A DNA stretch of 64,000 nt from an uncultured Gemmatimonadales bacterium (GCA_963850905.1 CAWKMU010000003.1:2784001-2848000); one strand, 5' to 3'; shown: positions 29,782 to 39,726, counted from the first letter of the stretch. Notes: generated by a model not told the origin, from the sequence alone. Translations and numbers: made by a program.

Positions 29782-30623
29782 GCGGGCCGACAGGGGCGCG
29801 CGCGCGTGTGTGGGGGGCGACCTTCGCGCTCCACGCCGTGCTCCTCGCCATCGCCGGGCTGGCGATCGCGCCGCTCGCGTGGATGGTGGCGGCCTCTTTC
29901 ATGCCCACCGGTGCGGCGACAACCTACCCACCGCCCCTGCTGCCGCACCCGGCGACGCTCGCCCACTACCGCGAGCTGCTCACCCGACTGGACGTGGCTC
30001 GTGATTTTGGAAACAGTGTCCTCGTTTCGGTGCTCATCACGGCGTCCTCGCTCGTGATCAACTCGATGGCGGGCTACGCATTTGCCAAGTTGCGCTTTGG
30101 CGGCCGGGAGCGGTTGTTCCGTCTCTTGCTCTTGGGACTGTTCATCCCGCCCCAGGTCGCGATGCTCCCGCTGTTCATTCTCATGCGGCAGCTGCATCTC
30201 GTCGATAGCTTCGCCGCCGTTGTCATTCCGAGCATGGCCAGCGTATTCGGGATCTTTCTCATCCGACAGTACGTGCTCGGCATCCCCGATGAGCTCCTGG
30301 ATGCTGCGCGCGTCGACGGGGCGAGTGAGTTGCGGATCTATTGGTCGGTGATCCTGCCGCTCGCGGCACCGGTGCTCGTGACGCTGGCGATCTTCGTGTT
30401 CATGAGTGCCTGGAACGATTTTATGTGGCCGCTCATCGTGTTGACGGACAACGCCAAGTACACCTTGCCCGTCGGCCTGGCGAATCTCTCTGGCGAGCAT
30501 GTGCAGGACACCGAGCTCATGATGGCCGCGGCTGTCGTCACGCTCCTTCCTGTGCTCCTGCTGTTCGTGTCGCTGCAGCGGTACTATCTGCGAGGGATTA
30601 CCAGTGGGGCGGTGAAGGGGTGA
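29778..30623 (+). CDS. Sugar ABC transporter permease
   Basis: LLDAARVDGASE, WNDFMWP, ends GAVKG; ATGA overlap with the previous gene. Confidence 0.93.
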   Translation: MSGPTGARARVWGATFALHAVLLAIAGLAIAPLAWMVAASFMPTGAATTYPPPLLPHPATLAHYRELLTRLDVARDFGNSVLVSVLITASSLVINSMAGYAFAKLRFGGRERLFRLLLLGLFIPPQVAMLPLFILMRQLHLVDSFAAVVIPSMASVFGIFLIRQYVLGIPDELLDAARVDGASELRIYWSVILPLAAPVLVTLAIFVFMSAWNDFMWPLIVLTDNAKYTLPVGLANLSGEHVQDTELMMAAAVVTLLPVLLLFVSLQRYYLRGITSGAVKG

Positions 30624-30625
30624 GG

Positions 30626-30874
30626 CCGGGTAACAGGTAACGGGTGACGGGAACGGCAACGACACTTGCAATCGGCGGGTAGGGGCGACGCAATGCGTCG
30701 CCCGCCGTTGGCCGAATCGCACACGACGCCCGCGCGTCGCATTTGGGGCGCCCCGACGAATCACGGCCGCATCGCCGCACCGTAGGGCGACGCATTGCGT
30801 CGCCCCTACCAGCCGTGGTCACGTTCATGGCCGTTACGCCGAAACCCCGTTAGACCTGTCACCCGTCACCTGGC
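30626..30874. repeat. Inverted REP pair (REPIN/BIME-like) nested inside heptamer arms
   Basis: REPs at 30679-30703 and 30782-30809 in opposite orientation; outer arms GGTAACA GGTAACG GGTGACG ... CCTGTCA CCCGTCA CC. Confidence 0.85.
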
Positions 30875-30877
30875 TTT

Positions 30878-32254
30878 TCACCCTCCCAAGCCATTCCGTT
30901 CAATCACCGCGCGGTAAAACTCGCCACTCGCCTTTATAACCCGCCGCTGCGTCGCGAAGTCGACATGGATCAGTCCGAATCGCTTCGAATAGCCCTGGGC
31001 CCACTCGAAGTTGTCGAGTAGCGACCACGCGAAATAACCGCGGAGGTCGACCCCCGCGTGTATGGCGTCGAGTGCTGCACGCAGGTGGGACCGGTAGTAC
31101 TCCAGCCGGAGGGGATCATTGATGCGGCCGCGCGTAGCGACTGGTGGATCGCGAAACGCCGCGCCGTTTTCGGCGATGTAGAGTGGGATGGGGCCGTATC
31201 GATCACGGACCCAGCGCAGGATGTCGGTGAGCCCCGCGGGGTACACCTCCCAGCCCATCTCCGTGTGAGCGCTCCGCCGTTGGAAAACCGCGCGGGCTCG
31301 CGTAGGGTACGCGCGGCGGTCCCCGCGGACCACTCTGCGCGAGTAGTAGTTCACGCCGATGAAATCGGTAGGCGTTCGGAGCGTCGCCGCCTCGTCGGAC
31401 GCCGCCGTCGGCCACGCATCGCCGAAGATGTCGCGCACTTCATCTGGGTAGGTGCCCAGAAGCACGGGATCGAGGTAGTAGCGATTCACGTAGGCATCGG
31501 CCCGTGCAGCCGCTGCCTGGTCCGCGGGCCGGGAGGAAGCGGGATATTGCGGCTCGAGGTTGACGACGATGCCGATCTGGTGCGCCCCGACGCTTCGGTA
31601 GGCGGCGACGCCCGCGGCATGAGCGCGGAGCAGGTTGTGCGCCGCACGTGGTGCCTCGAACCGATTCCGGTGTCCCGGTGCAAAGACGCCCCGGAGGTAG
31701 CCGCAATCTGCGACGATTCCCGGTTCGTTGAACGTCACCCACAACGCGACTCGGTCATCGAGCGCACGGGCAACGGCGGTCGTATAGTCGGCGAACCAGG
31801 ATGCGGAGTCAGGGTTGAGCCACCCGCCGCGGTCCTCGAGGTCGGCGGGCAGATCCCAGTGGAACAGCGTCAGGACCGGCTGTATGTTTGACGCCAACAA
31901 CTCATCCACGAGACGTTCGTAGAACGACAGTCCGGCACCGTTCACGCGACCGCGGCCGGTCGGCATGATGCGACTCCACGACACGCTGAATCGGTAGGCC
32001 GTGAGTCCCAATTCGCGCATGAGCGCGATGTCTTCGCGCCATCAATGGTAGTGATTGCAGGCGACGTCTCCGGTATCGCCGTTGCGAGTCGTGCCTGGGG
32101 TGTGTGCGAACCGATGCCAGATGCTCTGACCCGCCCCGTCCGCCAATGGGGCACCCTCGATCTGGTAGGCGGAAGTCGCGGCGCCCCAGACAAAACCAGC
32201 GGGAAACCGGTGAGTGCTGGGTTGTGGAGTTCCTACCCGCGTGCGCTGTATCAT
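30878..32254 (-). pseudogene. GH1 beta-glucosidase interrupted by an in-frame TGA at 32042-32044
   Basis: [19 protein letters not shown] and IAENG motifs; reads HYH*WREDIALM in a single frame. Confidence 0.88.
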
Positions 32255-32317
32255 CGGGCGTGCTCCGGACGCGGGCCACGTTGGCGCGCGCGTTCACGCC
32301 CACCAGGGATTTGAGTC

Positions 32318-33445
32318 ATGGCCCGTGTGACGCTCGAGCGTGTGCGGAAGGTGTATAGCGATTCTGGCTTCGTCGCTGTGCACGATCTCGATCTCGATGT
32401 CGCGGACGGCGAATTCGTTGTTCTCGTCGGCCCATCGGGTTGCGGCAAATCCACGACGCTCCGGATGATCGCGGGTCTCGAGTCCATCACGTCCGGGCGA
32501 CTGTCGATCGGCGGGCGCGTCGTCAACGCGCTGCCGCCCAAAGAGCGCGATGTCGCCATGGTGTTTCAGGGCTATGCGCTCTACCCGCATATGACCGTGT
32601 TCGAGAATATGGCGTTCGCGTTGCAGCTCCGCAAACGACCGCGCGAGGAAATCGCGGCTCGCGTTGGTCGCGCGGCCCAGTTGCTCGCGTTGACGGATGT
32701 GCTTGGTCGGCGCCCACGACAGCTATCCGGCGGCCAGCGGCAGCGAGTCGCGATTGGTCGCGCGATCGTACGCGAGCCGCAGGTGTTTTTGTTCGACGAG
32801 CCGCTCTCCAACCTCGACGCGCAGTTACGGAGTGAAATGCGTCGCGAGATCGCCGCGCTTCACCGCACCCTGCGAGCGACGACGATTTATGTCACCCATG
32901 ACCAGGTCGAGGCGATGACACTCGGGGACCGGATCGTCGTGCTCGACCGCGGCTTCGTCCAGCAGATCGATGCGCCGCTCCCACTGTATCAGTGGCCAGC
33001 CAATCGATTCGTCGCCTCATTCATCGGAAGTCCGCCGATGAATCTGATCGACGGCCGGCTGGAAGCCGACGCGGCGGACGGCGCCCCGGGGCGGAGTCGC
33101 TTCACGTCGCTCGACGGCGGGTTCCACCTTCCTTTGCCCTTTGCGCCGGTCTCCGGTGGCGGAGTGACGCTCGGCATTCGCCCGGAGCAGCTGACAGTGT
33201 GGCCGGCGACTGCGACCCACGACAAGACGGCGCCCGCTCCCACCATCGTCGGTCAACTCGAGGGCGCCGAGCTGCTGGGATACGAATCGGTCGTCCACGT
33301 TCGCGTGGGGAGCATTCGTCTCACCGCCCGCGCCGATCCGACCATCGTGCCGTCCGTTGGATCTTCCCTCGCGCTATCCGTTGATGTCGCGCATGTGCAT
33401 CTGTTTGATCAGGCAAGTGGGGTGGCGCTGGACGCTGGACGCTAG
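32318..33445 (+). CDS. Sugar ABC transporter ATP-binding subunit (MalK/UgpC family)
   Basis: GPSGCGKST, LSGGQRQR, FDEPLSNLD, THDQVEAM, TOBE-like tail. Confidence 0.95.
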   Translation: MARVTLERVRKVYSDSGFVAVHDLDLDVADGEFVVLVGPSGCGKSTTLRMIAGLESITSGRLSIGGRVVNALPPKERDVAMVFQGYALYPHMTVFENMAFALQLRKRPREEIAARVGRAAQLLALTDVLGRRPRQLSGGQRQRVAIGRAIVREPQVFLFDEPLSNLDAQLRSEMRREIAALHRTLRATTIYVTHDQVEAMTLGDRIVVLDRGFVQQIDAPLPLYQWPANRFVASFIGSPPMNLIDGRLEADAADGAPGRSRFTSLDGGFHLPLPFAPVSGGGVTLGIRPEQLTVWPATATHDKTAPAPTIVGQLEGAELLGYESVVHVRVGSIRLTARADPTIVPSVGSSLALSVDVAHVHLFDQASGVALDAGR

Positions 33446-33560
33446 ACGTTGGACGGTGGACGATTTGGTTGCTGAGCTAGGTGGGCACGGTCTGTCCTTG
33501 GACCGGTCCTGATGGCCCGCCCGTGGCATCGTATACGCGTCTAGCGTCCAGCGTCTAGCC
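33427..33560. repeat. Hairpin with GACGCT(G/A)/(T/C)AGCGTC heptamer arms between convergent genes
   Basis: gacgctg gacgcta gacgttg gacggtg gacg ... cgtctag cgtccag cgtctag; supplies the stop of the ATPase gene. Confidence 0.8.
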
Positions 33561-33562
33561 TC

Positions 33563-36445
33563 TCACGGCGTGACCCGCAACGCCACATACGCCCGCAGCT
33601 TGTACTTGTAGGGCGTGCTGATCGAGTAGGCAGCGCCCGCAACGCCTGAGAGGCCTGGCACCGCAAGGAATGGCACCGGCGATAGCCCGCCGCGAAACTC
33701 GCCCCCAAAGAGATCGTGTTTTTCGCTGTGATCGGCTGGCGTGATGAACCGGTCGTAGTAGATCGCCAACGGCCCAATCGCATCTTCCAGACGCTGCCCG
33801 ACGATCTGGGTGCCAGCCACGACGCCAACGGGGAGCGCGAGCTCGGGGAGCCGCTGCGACAGGAGCGCGGTATCGGTCAGCGGCGGCGTGCTCCCACCGA
33901 CGACGGGACGCTCGAACACCGGCGCGCCGGAATTGGACTGGGCGTATGTAATGGCATAGTGGATGAGAAAGCCGTCCCAGCCGACGGACGCCGATGCGCG
34001 AGCGAGCAGTCGCTGCCATCCCGTATTCTCGGTGTTGCCCGCGCTGACCAATGCGCCGACGCCACCAAACAGCGTAAGCATCCCTTGACTGAGGTCGGCT
34101 GCTCCGGTGTATCCGGCAAACGCGAGCCCACGCGCCCCGCTCGCGGCGGGTTGCGCGATGTGCGCGACTGAGACCCCGAGCCGCGCGGCGCTCGTTCCAA
34201 AACTGCCGTATCGGACGAGATTGGCCGACAGCACGCCGCCGACGAGCGACGCGTCGAGCGCCGGCGCGGCAAAGGTTCCGGCATCCTGACGGGAGGGATA
34301 GTCCGACACGCCAAACGCGCTCCCCGCCAGTGTGACGGGCAGTCCACGCCACGCCCCCGCGATCGCGCCGCCACGCCACGTCCCGGGATCACCAATCGCG
34401 CCCTGCAGCGTCCAGGCGAGTCGTCCGACGGGATCGCTGCTCGAAATGCCGAGCGTGACATACCAACCGGCCGGAGTGAAGGCTCCCGCGGGGAGGTAGA
34501 GGTACTGACGTGGTCCGAAACCATACGGGGTTGGAGCCGGCACCGGAGGCAACGCGCTCAGGTCCAGCGTTGGCGTCGCCCCGGGCACGGCAGCGGGAGC
34601 CAACGACACTGGCAACATTGGGGGGGTGGTGTCGCGCGCATCCCGGAGTGCGACGCGATGCAGATCGCGACCTCGCGCGGACACCGTCAGGAAGTACACC
34701 ATTGAGTCGATCGGCGAGGCGTCGGGTGCGCTGATGCCCCCGGTCGTTACGGCCAGCATCTTCACGGCGCCTGAGACCTTGTCGATCGTCTCCAAGTGCT
34801 CGATGCCACCCCAATCGGAGACGGTGACGATCGCAGAGCCGTTGGCGACGTACGCCGGGCCGTATCGGTTGGCGCCATCGTCGGGCCCGACGCGACGCGT
34901 GGCAGTCACGACGGTGTCACTCAGGTCGATTTCTTGGTCGTGCCATCCCGCGGTGTCGCGCACAGCAACGACCGCGGAGCGACCGTTGGGAGCAAATCGC
35001 GGATGATTGTACGCGAGCGTCGGCGACCCCTTGAGCAGCACATTGACGTGACCGTCCGAGAGTCGCACACGCACGAGATCGCAGATGCCGTTCAGACAGC
35101 GCACGCCGATCGCGCTCTGCCCGTCGGGCGCCGGATCCGCGTCGCGCACCGCCGCGCCGTGCGTAATACGCCGCACGCGACCGGAGCGCATGTTCCACTC
35201 GAAGAGCTCCGGCCGTATCGCACCGTCTGGCCGCGGCTCGGGATGACTGACCAGCAGGCGCGTGCTGTCGGCAAAAAATCGGGGCATGTCGTAGCCGGTC
35301 CCACGCGATGCGTCCAGGGTCGCCATTGGCGTTCGCGGCGCGGGAAATGGATGCACGGCAGGGACGTCGGCGGAATCACGGCTCAGCAGATACCGCCGAG
35401 CCTCGATGGTAGCCGAGTCGACTGGGGCGGGGGCCGTTGACCACACAACGATCCTCGTTGGTTCGCCTGGCACGCGAACTGGCACAGCGAGCCGGTGTCC
35501 GTCCACCGATACCGCTGGGTCGCCCGTATACCAGGTCAGATGTTGAAAAGTGTCTCCGCTGTCGAGTCCGGCGCCCGTGATGAGATCCGCGGCACGCAGC
35601 GCCTTGCCTGTGAGCTCGGCGGTGAATCGCCCGTACAGTGCGTTGGGCGAGTCGCCGTACACACCGATGAAGGCCATGTTGAAGTCGCGCGTGACGCGCG
35701 CCGACAGGCGCCGCCAGACATTCGGGAGACTTGGCTCACCATAGTGAGCTACAAGCCATTCCAGGAACGCGGACCCGACGAGGTATTCCATGTCGTCGCC
35801 GAGGAACCGCGGACTTCCATCGAGCTCCGCGTAGCTGGGCAGTCGCCCCTCAATGGCCCACTGACGAAGGATCGCAGCTCGACCTGCGCTGTGCGGGCGA
35901 CCACCCTCGAGCAGTCCTTCGACGTATACCGCGTACGCTTCCATTACCCAGCGCGGCGCGCGGCGCGCGACGGGGCCCAGCTCGATAGGTAAAACCCGCC
36001 ACAACGTGCGGTCGGTCGCGTTGCGAGACGGCCAGGTCAGTTGGGCGATGTGCGCGAATTCGTGTGCGGCGAGGAGTGCCGCCCAGTCAGGCGCCGTGCC
36101 GAGATCATCCGACGGACCGGGCGGCGTGGGCCACAGCACGATCGTTGGCCAGGTGAGGATCGGCAGCGCTGCTCCATTGCTAACGTTGTACGGATCGTCG
36201 ATGACCACAGTGACGCGCCGGGATGGCGCGTTGCCGACCAGGCGGACGATGGGGCCCTCCACCGCCTCGAGTCGCGTCGCAGCATCGAGCGCCCAGGCCT
36301 GCATCGAACGCGGGAAGTGCAACTCGAAGTGCGCGGTTTCCAACGTTTCCCAGCGCAGCTCGGGGCGCGTGAACACCTGCGCCGCGAGTGGCCGCGCACA
36401 CGCGGCGAGCACGACCAGCGGCCACGCCGCGCGGGGGACACGCAT
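33563..36445 (-). CDS. Exported protein: zinc-peptidase-like domain, TolB/PD40 beta-propeller and putative beta-barrel
   Basis: Signal peptide; HEFAH plus downstream WVMEAYA; propeller repeats PAVSVDG, PAPDG, PRFAPNG; amphipathic beta strands at the C-terminus. Confidence 0.72.
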   Translation of the reverse strand: MRVPRAAWPLVVLAACARPLAAQVFTRPELRWETLETAHFELHFPRSMQAWALDAATRLEAVEGPIVRLVGNAPSRRVTVVIDDPYNVSNGAALPILTWPTIVLWPTPPGPSDDLGTAPDWAALLAAHEFAHIAQLTWPSRNATDRTLWRVLPIELGPVARRAPRWVMEAYAVYVEGLLEGGRPHSAGRAAILRQWAIEGRLPSYAELDGSPRFLGDDMEYLVGSAFLEWLVAHYGEPSLPNVWRRLSARVTRDFNMAFIGVYGDSPNALYGRFTAELTGKALRAADLITGAGLDSGDTFQHLTWYTGDPAVSVDGHRLAVPVRVPGEPTRIVVWSTAPAPVDSATIEARRYLLSRDSADVPAVHPFPAPRTPMATLDASRGTGYDMPRFFADSTRLLVSHPEPRPDGAIRPELFEWNMRSGRVRRITHGAAVRDADPAPDGQSAIGVRCLNGICDLVRVRLSDGHVNVLLKGSPTLAYNHPRFAPNGRSAVVAVRDTAGWHDQEIDLSDTVVTATRRVGPDDGANRYGPAYVANGSAIVTVSDWGGIEHLETIDKVSGAVKMLAVTTGGISAPDASPIDSMVYFLTVSARGRDLHRVALRDARDTTPPMLPVSLAPAAVPGATPTLDLSALPPVPAPTPYGFGPRQYLYLPAGAFTPAGWYVTLGISSSDPVGRLAWTLQGAIGDPGTWRGGAIAGAWRGLPVTLAGSAFGVSDYPSRQDAGTFAAPALDASLVGGVLSANLVRYGSFGTSAARLGVSVAHIAQPAASGARGLAFAGYTGAADLSQGMLTLFGGVGALVSAGNTENTGWQRLLARASASVGWDGFLIHYAITYAQSNSGAPVFERPVVGGSTPPLTDTALLSQRLPELALPVGVVAGTQIVGQRLEDAIGPLAIYYDRFITPADHSEKHDLFGGEFRGGLSPVPFLAVPGLSGVAGAAYSISTPYKYKLRAYVALRVTP

Positions 36446-36511
36446 CAAAGGAAAGTAGTTGTGGCCGCAGTTGGACGAGGGTGGTTCGCGTGCGGCCGCC
36501 CGACTTCGCAA

Positions 36512-36535
36512 GGCGACGCGATGCGTCGCCCCTAT
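36512..36535 (-). repeat. GTAG-type REP overlapping the htpX stop
   Basis: Minus strand reads ATAGGGGCGACGCATCGCGTCGCC; its TAG is the stop codon. Confidence 0.75.
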
Positions 36536-37560
36536 GCCGGCACGAAGGTTCCTGCCGCCTTCTCTTCCTGATAACCCATGGCCTTGAGACGCGCGATCCG
36601 GACAGCCATCGGTGGATGCGTGCCAAGCAGGTCGGCGAGTCGCCCCTCGCGGCTCGACACCGTTCGGCCCAGCGGGTCCGCGATGCAGAGGTGAGCAGCG
36701 CCTCCCTTGATCACGCTCGACGGGGCCTCGTTCGCCTCGATCTTCTGGAGCGCCGACGCGAGCGCGAGTGGATTGCGCGTGAATTGCGCCGACATGGCGT
36801 CGGCAAGGTATTCCCGGTCGCGACTCACGCCGAGTGCCAGGAGCCGCGTGATGAGCGGCGCGATCAACCAGCTGAGCAGCCAAAACACCAGCACGACGAC
36901 GAATACACCTCCGAGCCCGCGTTCTGAGTCGCTGGACCGCGAGAAAGAGATGCGCCCGCCGCGCTGAAACAACAGGCGCCGGGCGCCATCCGACATGAGC
37001 GCAATCGCCCCCACCAGCCCTGCCAGGAGGGTCATGAGCCGCACATCGAGGTTCTTGACGTGCCCCATTTCATGGGCGATCACGGCCTCCAACTCATCGC
37101 GCGAGCACAGGGTCAACAGCGCCGACGTGACGGCAATCGACGCATTCGTCGCGTCACGCCCGGTCGCAAAGGCGTTGGGATCCGGGTCATCGACTATATA
37201 GATCCGCGGCGTTGGCAGGCCCGCGGCGACGGCCATCTCCTGGACCACATCGACCAGCTGGTGCTCTGCCTGGGTCGCCGGGGTGGTGATCTCACGCGCG
37301 CCAGTCGACCACAGCACCTTCTGCGCACCAGTGCGCCACGCGTACCACGCGATCGCTGCGCCCAGGCACGCCAGCACGACGCCAAACCACGGCACCGTGT
37401 GATGGTAGTGCCCGGGCACCGCCCCGCGCGTGGCTTCAATGGCGAGCCAGTCGCCGCCGAACCCGAGCCATGCAAAGAACGCGATGAAGGCGAGCACGAG
37501 CCAGAGCGACCGACGGCGGTTCGCCTCCTGCTGCGCGAAGAGATTCGTCGTGTCGCTCAT
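36532..37560 (-). CDS. htpX: HtpX-family M48 zinc metalloprotease
   Basis: PNAFATG, AHEMGH, SRDREYLAD and THPP motifs. Confidence 0.9.
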   Translation of the reverse strand: MSDTTNLFAQQEANRRRSLWLVLAFIAFFAWLGFGGDWLAIEATRGAVPGHYHHTVPWFGVVLACLGAAIAWYAWRTGAQKVLWSTGAREITTPATQAEHQLVDVVQEMAVAAGLPTPRIYIVDDPDPNAFATGRDATNASIAVTSALLTLCSRDELEAVIAHEMGHVKNLDVRLMTLLAGLVGAIALMSDGARRLLFQRGGRISFSRSSDSERGLGGVFVVVLVFWLLSWLIAPLITRLLALGVSRDREYLADAMSAQFTRNPLALASALQKIEANEAPSSVIKGGAAHLCIADPLGRTVSSREGRLADLLGTHPPMAVRIARLKAMGYQEEKAAGTFVPA

Positions 37561-37567
37561 AGGGTGC

Positions 37568-37692
37568 GAGACGTTAGACGTCGCACGTTGGACATTAGAC
37601 GCTTGACGATCGACAATGCCGGAATGGGAGCCACGGAGGTATCACGACGGGGTCGAGGTCTAACCTCCAACGTCCAACGTCTAACGTCCAAT
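37568..37692. repeat. Hairpin with GACGTT(A/G)/(C/T)AACGTC heptamer arms
   Basis: gacgtta gacgtcg cacgttg gacatta gacgctt gacg ... taacctc caacgtc caacgtc taacgtc caa. Confidence 0.75.
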
Positions 37693-37698
37693 CGCCCT

Positions 37699-38316
37699 TC
37701 AGCTGGGTGCAGGTGTCGGGGGAGTGCTGGTCGAGGTGGGCGGCATTGAAAGGTCGACACGCACATTCTCTCGCTCGCTCGCGTCGGTGATCTCCCAGAG
37801 ATCGGCGTGCGTCGCTCCCGCCAGGCCCGCAACGAGCACGGTCGGGAATTGCTGCTGTCGCGTGTTGTACATCGTCGCCGTGTCATTGTACATTCGACGA
37901 GCGAACGCAATCTTGTTCTCGGTCGAGGTCAGCTCTTCCTGGAGCTGCGCTGCGTTCCCGATCGACTTGAGGTCAGGATAGGCCTCGACGACGGCCAACA
38001 GTCGCCCTAGCGCACCGGTCAAAGCGCCTTCGGCCGCGGCGGTCGCGGCGACATTCGCGCCCGCTCCGCTGCTGGCCTGCACCGCCACAGCGCGGCTCCG
38101 CGCACTGACCACCGCCTCCAGCGTGCCTTTCTCGAACTGCATAGCGCCTTTGACGGTCTCGACCAGATTGGGGATGAGGTCATGTCGGCGCTTGAGCTGC
38201 ACATCGATTTGCTTCCAGGCGTTCGCGACCTGGTTCTTCAGGCTCACCAGGCCGTTGTACGCACTGGCGACCCAGATCAGCAGCGCAACAAGAATGACCA
38301 CCAGGATGAGCAGCAT
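37699..38316 (-). CDS. lemA: LemA family protein
   Basis: YNGLV, IDVQLKRRHDLIPNLVE, EAYPDLK and TENKIAFARR.YN motifs. Confidence 0.95.
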   Translation of the reverse strand: MLLILVVILVALLIWVASAYNGLVSLKNQVANAWKQIDVQLKRRHDLIPNLVETVKGAMQFEKGTLEAVVSARSRAVAVQASSGAGANVAATAAAEGALTGALGRLLAVVEAYPDLKSIGNAAQLQEELTSTENKIAFARRMYNDTATMYNTRQQQFPTVLVAGLAGATHADLWEITDASERENVRVDLSMPPTSTSTPPTPAPS

Positions 38317-38399
38317 TTGATGTCTCGGCGTTGGGGTCTAGCGGGGCGGGAGCGTGGCTGTAACCCCGTACTCGGCTCAACGTGCTGGCGTTGGGCGCG

Positions 38400-38588
38400 T
38401 TACGGCTTTCCCCCGCCTTTCTCCGCTGGCGCTCCAATCCCGAAGCGCTCCAGCACCCACGTGAGCGGGATGACGAAAAGTGGCGTGAGGAACATTGGCA
38501 GGAGCGTATTGACCCAGATCAGCGCGACATAAAAGCAGCCCAGTCCAATGCCCATCCACACAAGTGCCAACGGCCCTTCGGTGTTCAC
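38400..38588 (-). CDS. Small membrane protein
   Basis: GTG after GAGAGAGG; hydrophobic 62 aa. Confidence 0.5.
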   Translation of the reverse strand: MNTEGPLALVWMGIGLGCFYVALIWVNTLLPMFLTPLFVIPLTWVLERFGIGAPAEKGGGKP

Positions 38589-38623
38589 AAAACCTCTCTC
38601 GTCCGAGTTGTTGGAGTTCGTTC

Positions 38624-38648
38624 ACCCCTGATCCCTAATCCCCAAACC
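38624..38648. repeat. Tandem heptamer tract (ACCCCTG ATCCCTA ATCCCCA)
   Basis: Seen upstream of tilS. Confidence 0.5.
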
Positions 38649-38673
38649 GGCTGTCGTTAACGATATTCACCGC

Positions 38674-39726
38674 ATGACTCTGGCACCAGACGAGTCTGGC
38701 GGGGGATCGCAGACCCGGGACGACCCTGCGATCGCGGTGGGCGACGCCCTGCGCCGCGCCGGTCGGGTGGTCCTCGCGGTGTCTGGGGGCAGAGACTCGA
38801 TGGCCCTGCTGGATGCTGCCGCACGGGCCGCCCCGGCGTGTGTCGCCCTGGTCGCGACCTTCGATCACGGAACGGGTGCTGCCGCCACCGCGGGGGTCGA
38901 GTTGGTCGCACGCGAAGCGGCGCGGCATCGACTTCCCTGCCGCCAAGGGCGCGGCGCAATGGCCGACGTCCCGTCCGAGTCGGCCTGGCGCGAGCAACGC
39001 TGGTCCTTCCTGCGAAGCAGCGCGGCCGATGTGGATGCGCGGACCATTGTGACGGCCCATACGCGCGACGACCAGATCGAGACGGTCATCATTCGCATCC
39101 TGCGCCACGCGGGCGCGCGTGGTTTGGCAGCGCTCGACGTGGACGGAGACGTTGCGCGACCCTGGCTTCACACCAGCCGGACCGACGTCGCCCGATACGC
39201 CGCTCGCTGGGGCGTTCGTCATGTGGAGGACCCATCGAACCGCTCCAGAGCATTTCTCCGGAATCGTGTACGCCTCGACCTGTTGCCTGCGTTGCGCATT
39301 GCCAATCCACATATCGATGAGGACCTCCTCGCGTCTGCAGCCAAGGCAGCGTCATGGCGCCGACGACTCGATCGTCTGGTCGCAGCTGCCCACCCACTGC
39401 GGGTCGGGTCGGACGGCGTTGCCATTGATGCGCCGGGGCTGGCGAGCTACGACCTCGCCTCGCTGGCGGTCCTGTGGCAGGTGCTTGCAGCAGGTGCGGG
39501 GGTGACGCTCGACCGCCGCGGCACGGCGCACCTCGCCGCGTTCACGAAGACGGCGAGAGTCGGAGCGATCGCTCAAGTATCGGGGGGCTTCGAAGTGCAG
39601 CGTTCGCGATTTAGCCTGGTCGTCCGCAGGCCCGGGTATCGGCCATCCGCAGCGGGCTCATCGGACGTCCATCGTACGGCGACCGCGCCATCGGTCCAGT
39701 GGATCCCGGCAAAGGAGCCACGTTGA
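38674..39726 (+). CDS. tilS: tRNA(Ile)-lysidine synthase
   Basis: AVSGGRDS PP-loop, TAHTRDDQIET, EDPSN, RNRVR; precedes hpt-ftsH. Confidence 0.92.
   Translation: MTLAPDESGGGSQTRDDPAIAVGDALRRAGRVVLAVSGGRDSMALLDAAARAAPACVALVATFDHGTGAAATAGVELVAREAARHRLPCRQGRGAMADVPSESAWREQRWSFLRSSAADVDARTIVTAHTRDDQIETVIIRILRHAGARGLAALDVDGDVARPWLHTSRTDVARYAARWGVRHVEDPSNRSRAFLRNRVRLDLLPALRIANPHIDEDLLASAAKAASWRRRLDRLVAAAHPLRVGSDGVAIDAPGLASYDLASLAVLWQVLAAGAGVTLDRRGTAHLAAFTKTARVGAIAQVSGGFEVQRSRFSLVVRRPGYRPSAAGSSDVHRTATAPSVQWIPAKEPR

Noticed and set aside
32042..32044. Selenocysteine or TGA recoding in GH1
   Set aside because: The position corresponds to Arg, not Cys or Trp, and TGA is used as a normal stop by many genes in the window
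36446..36883. N-terminal extension of the 1106-aa ORF
   Set aside because: Overlaps htpX out of frame; the signal peptide starts at ATG 36445
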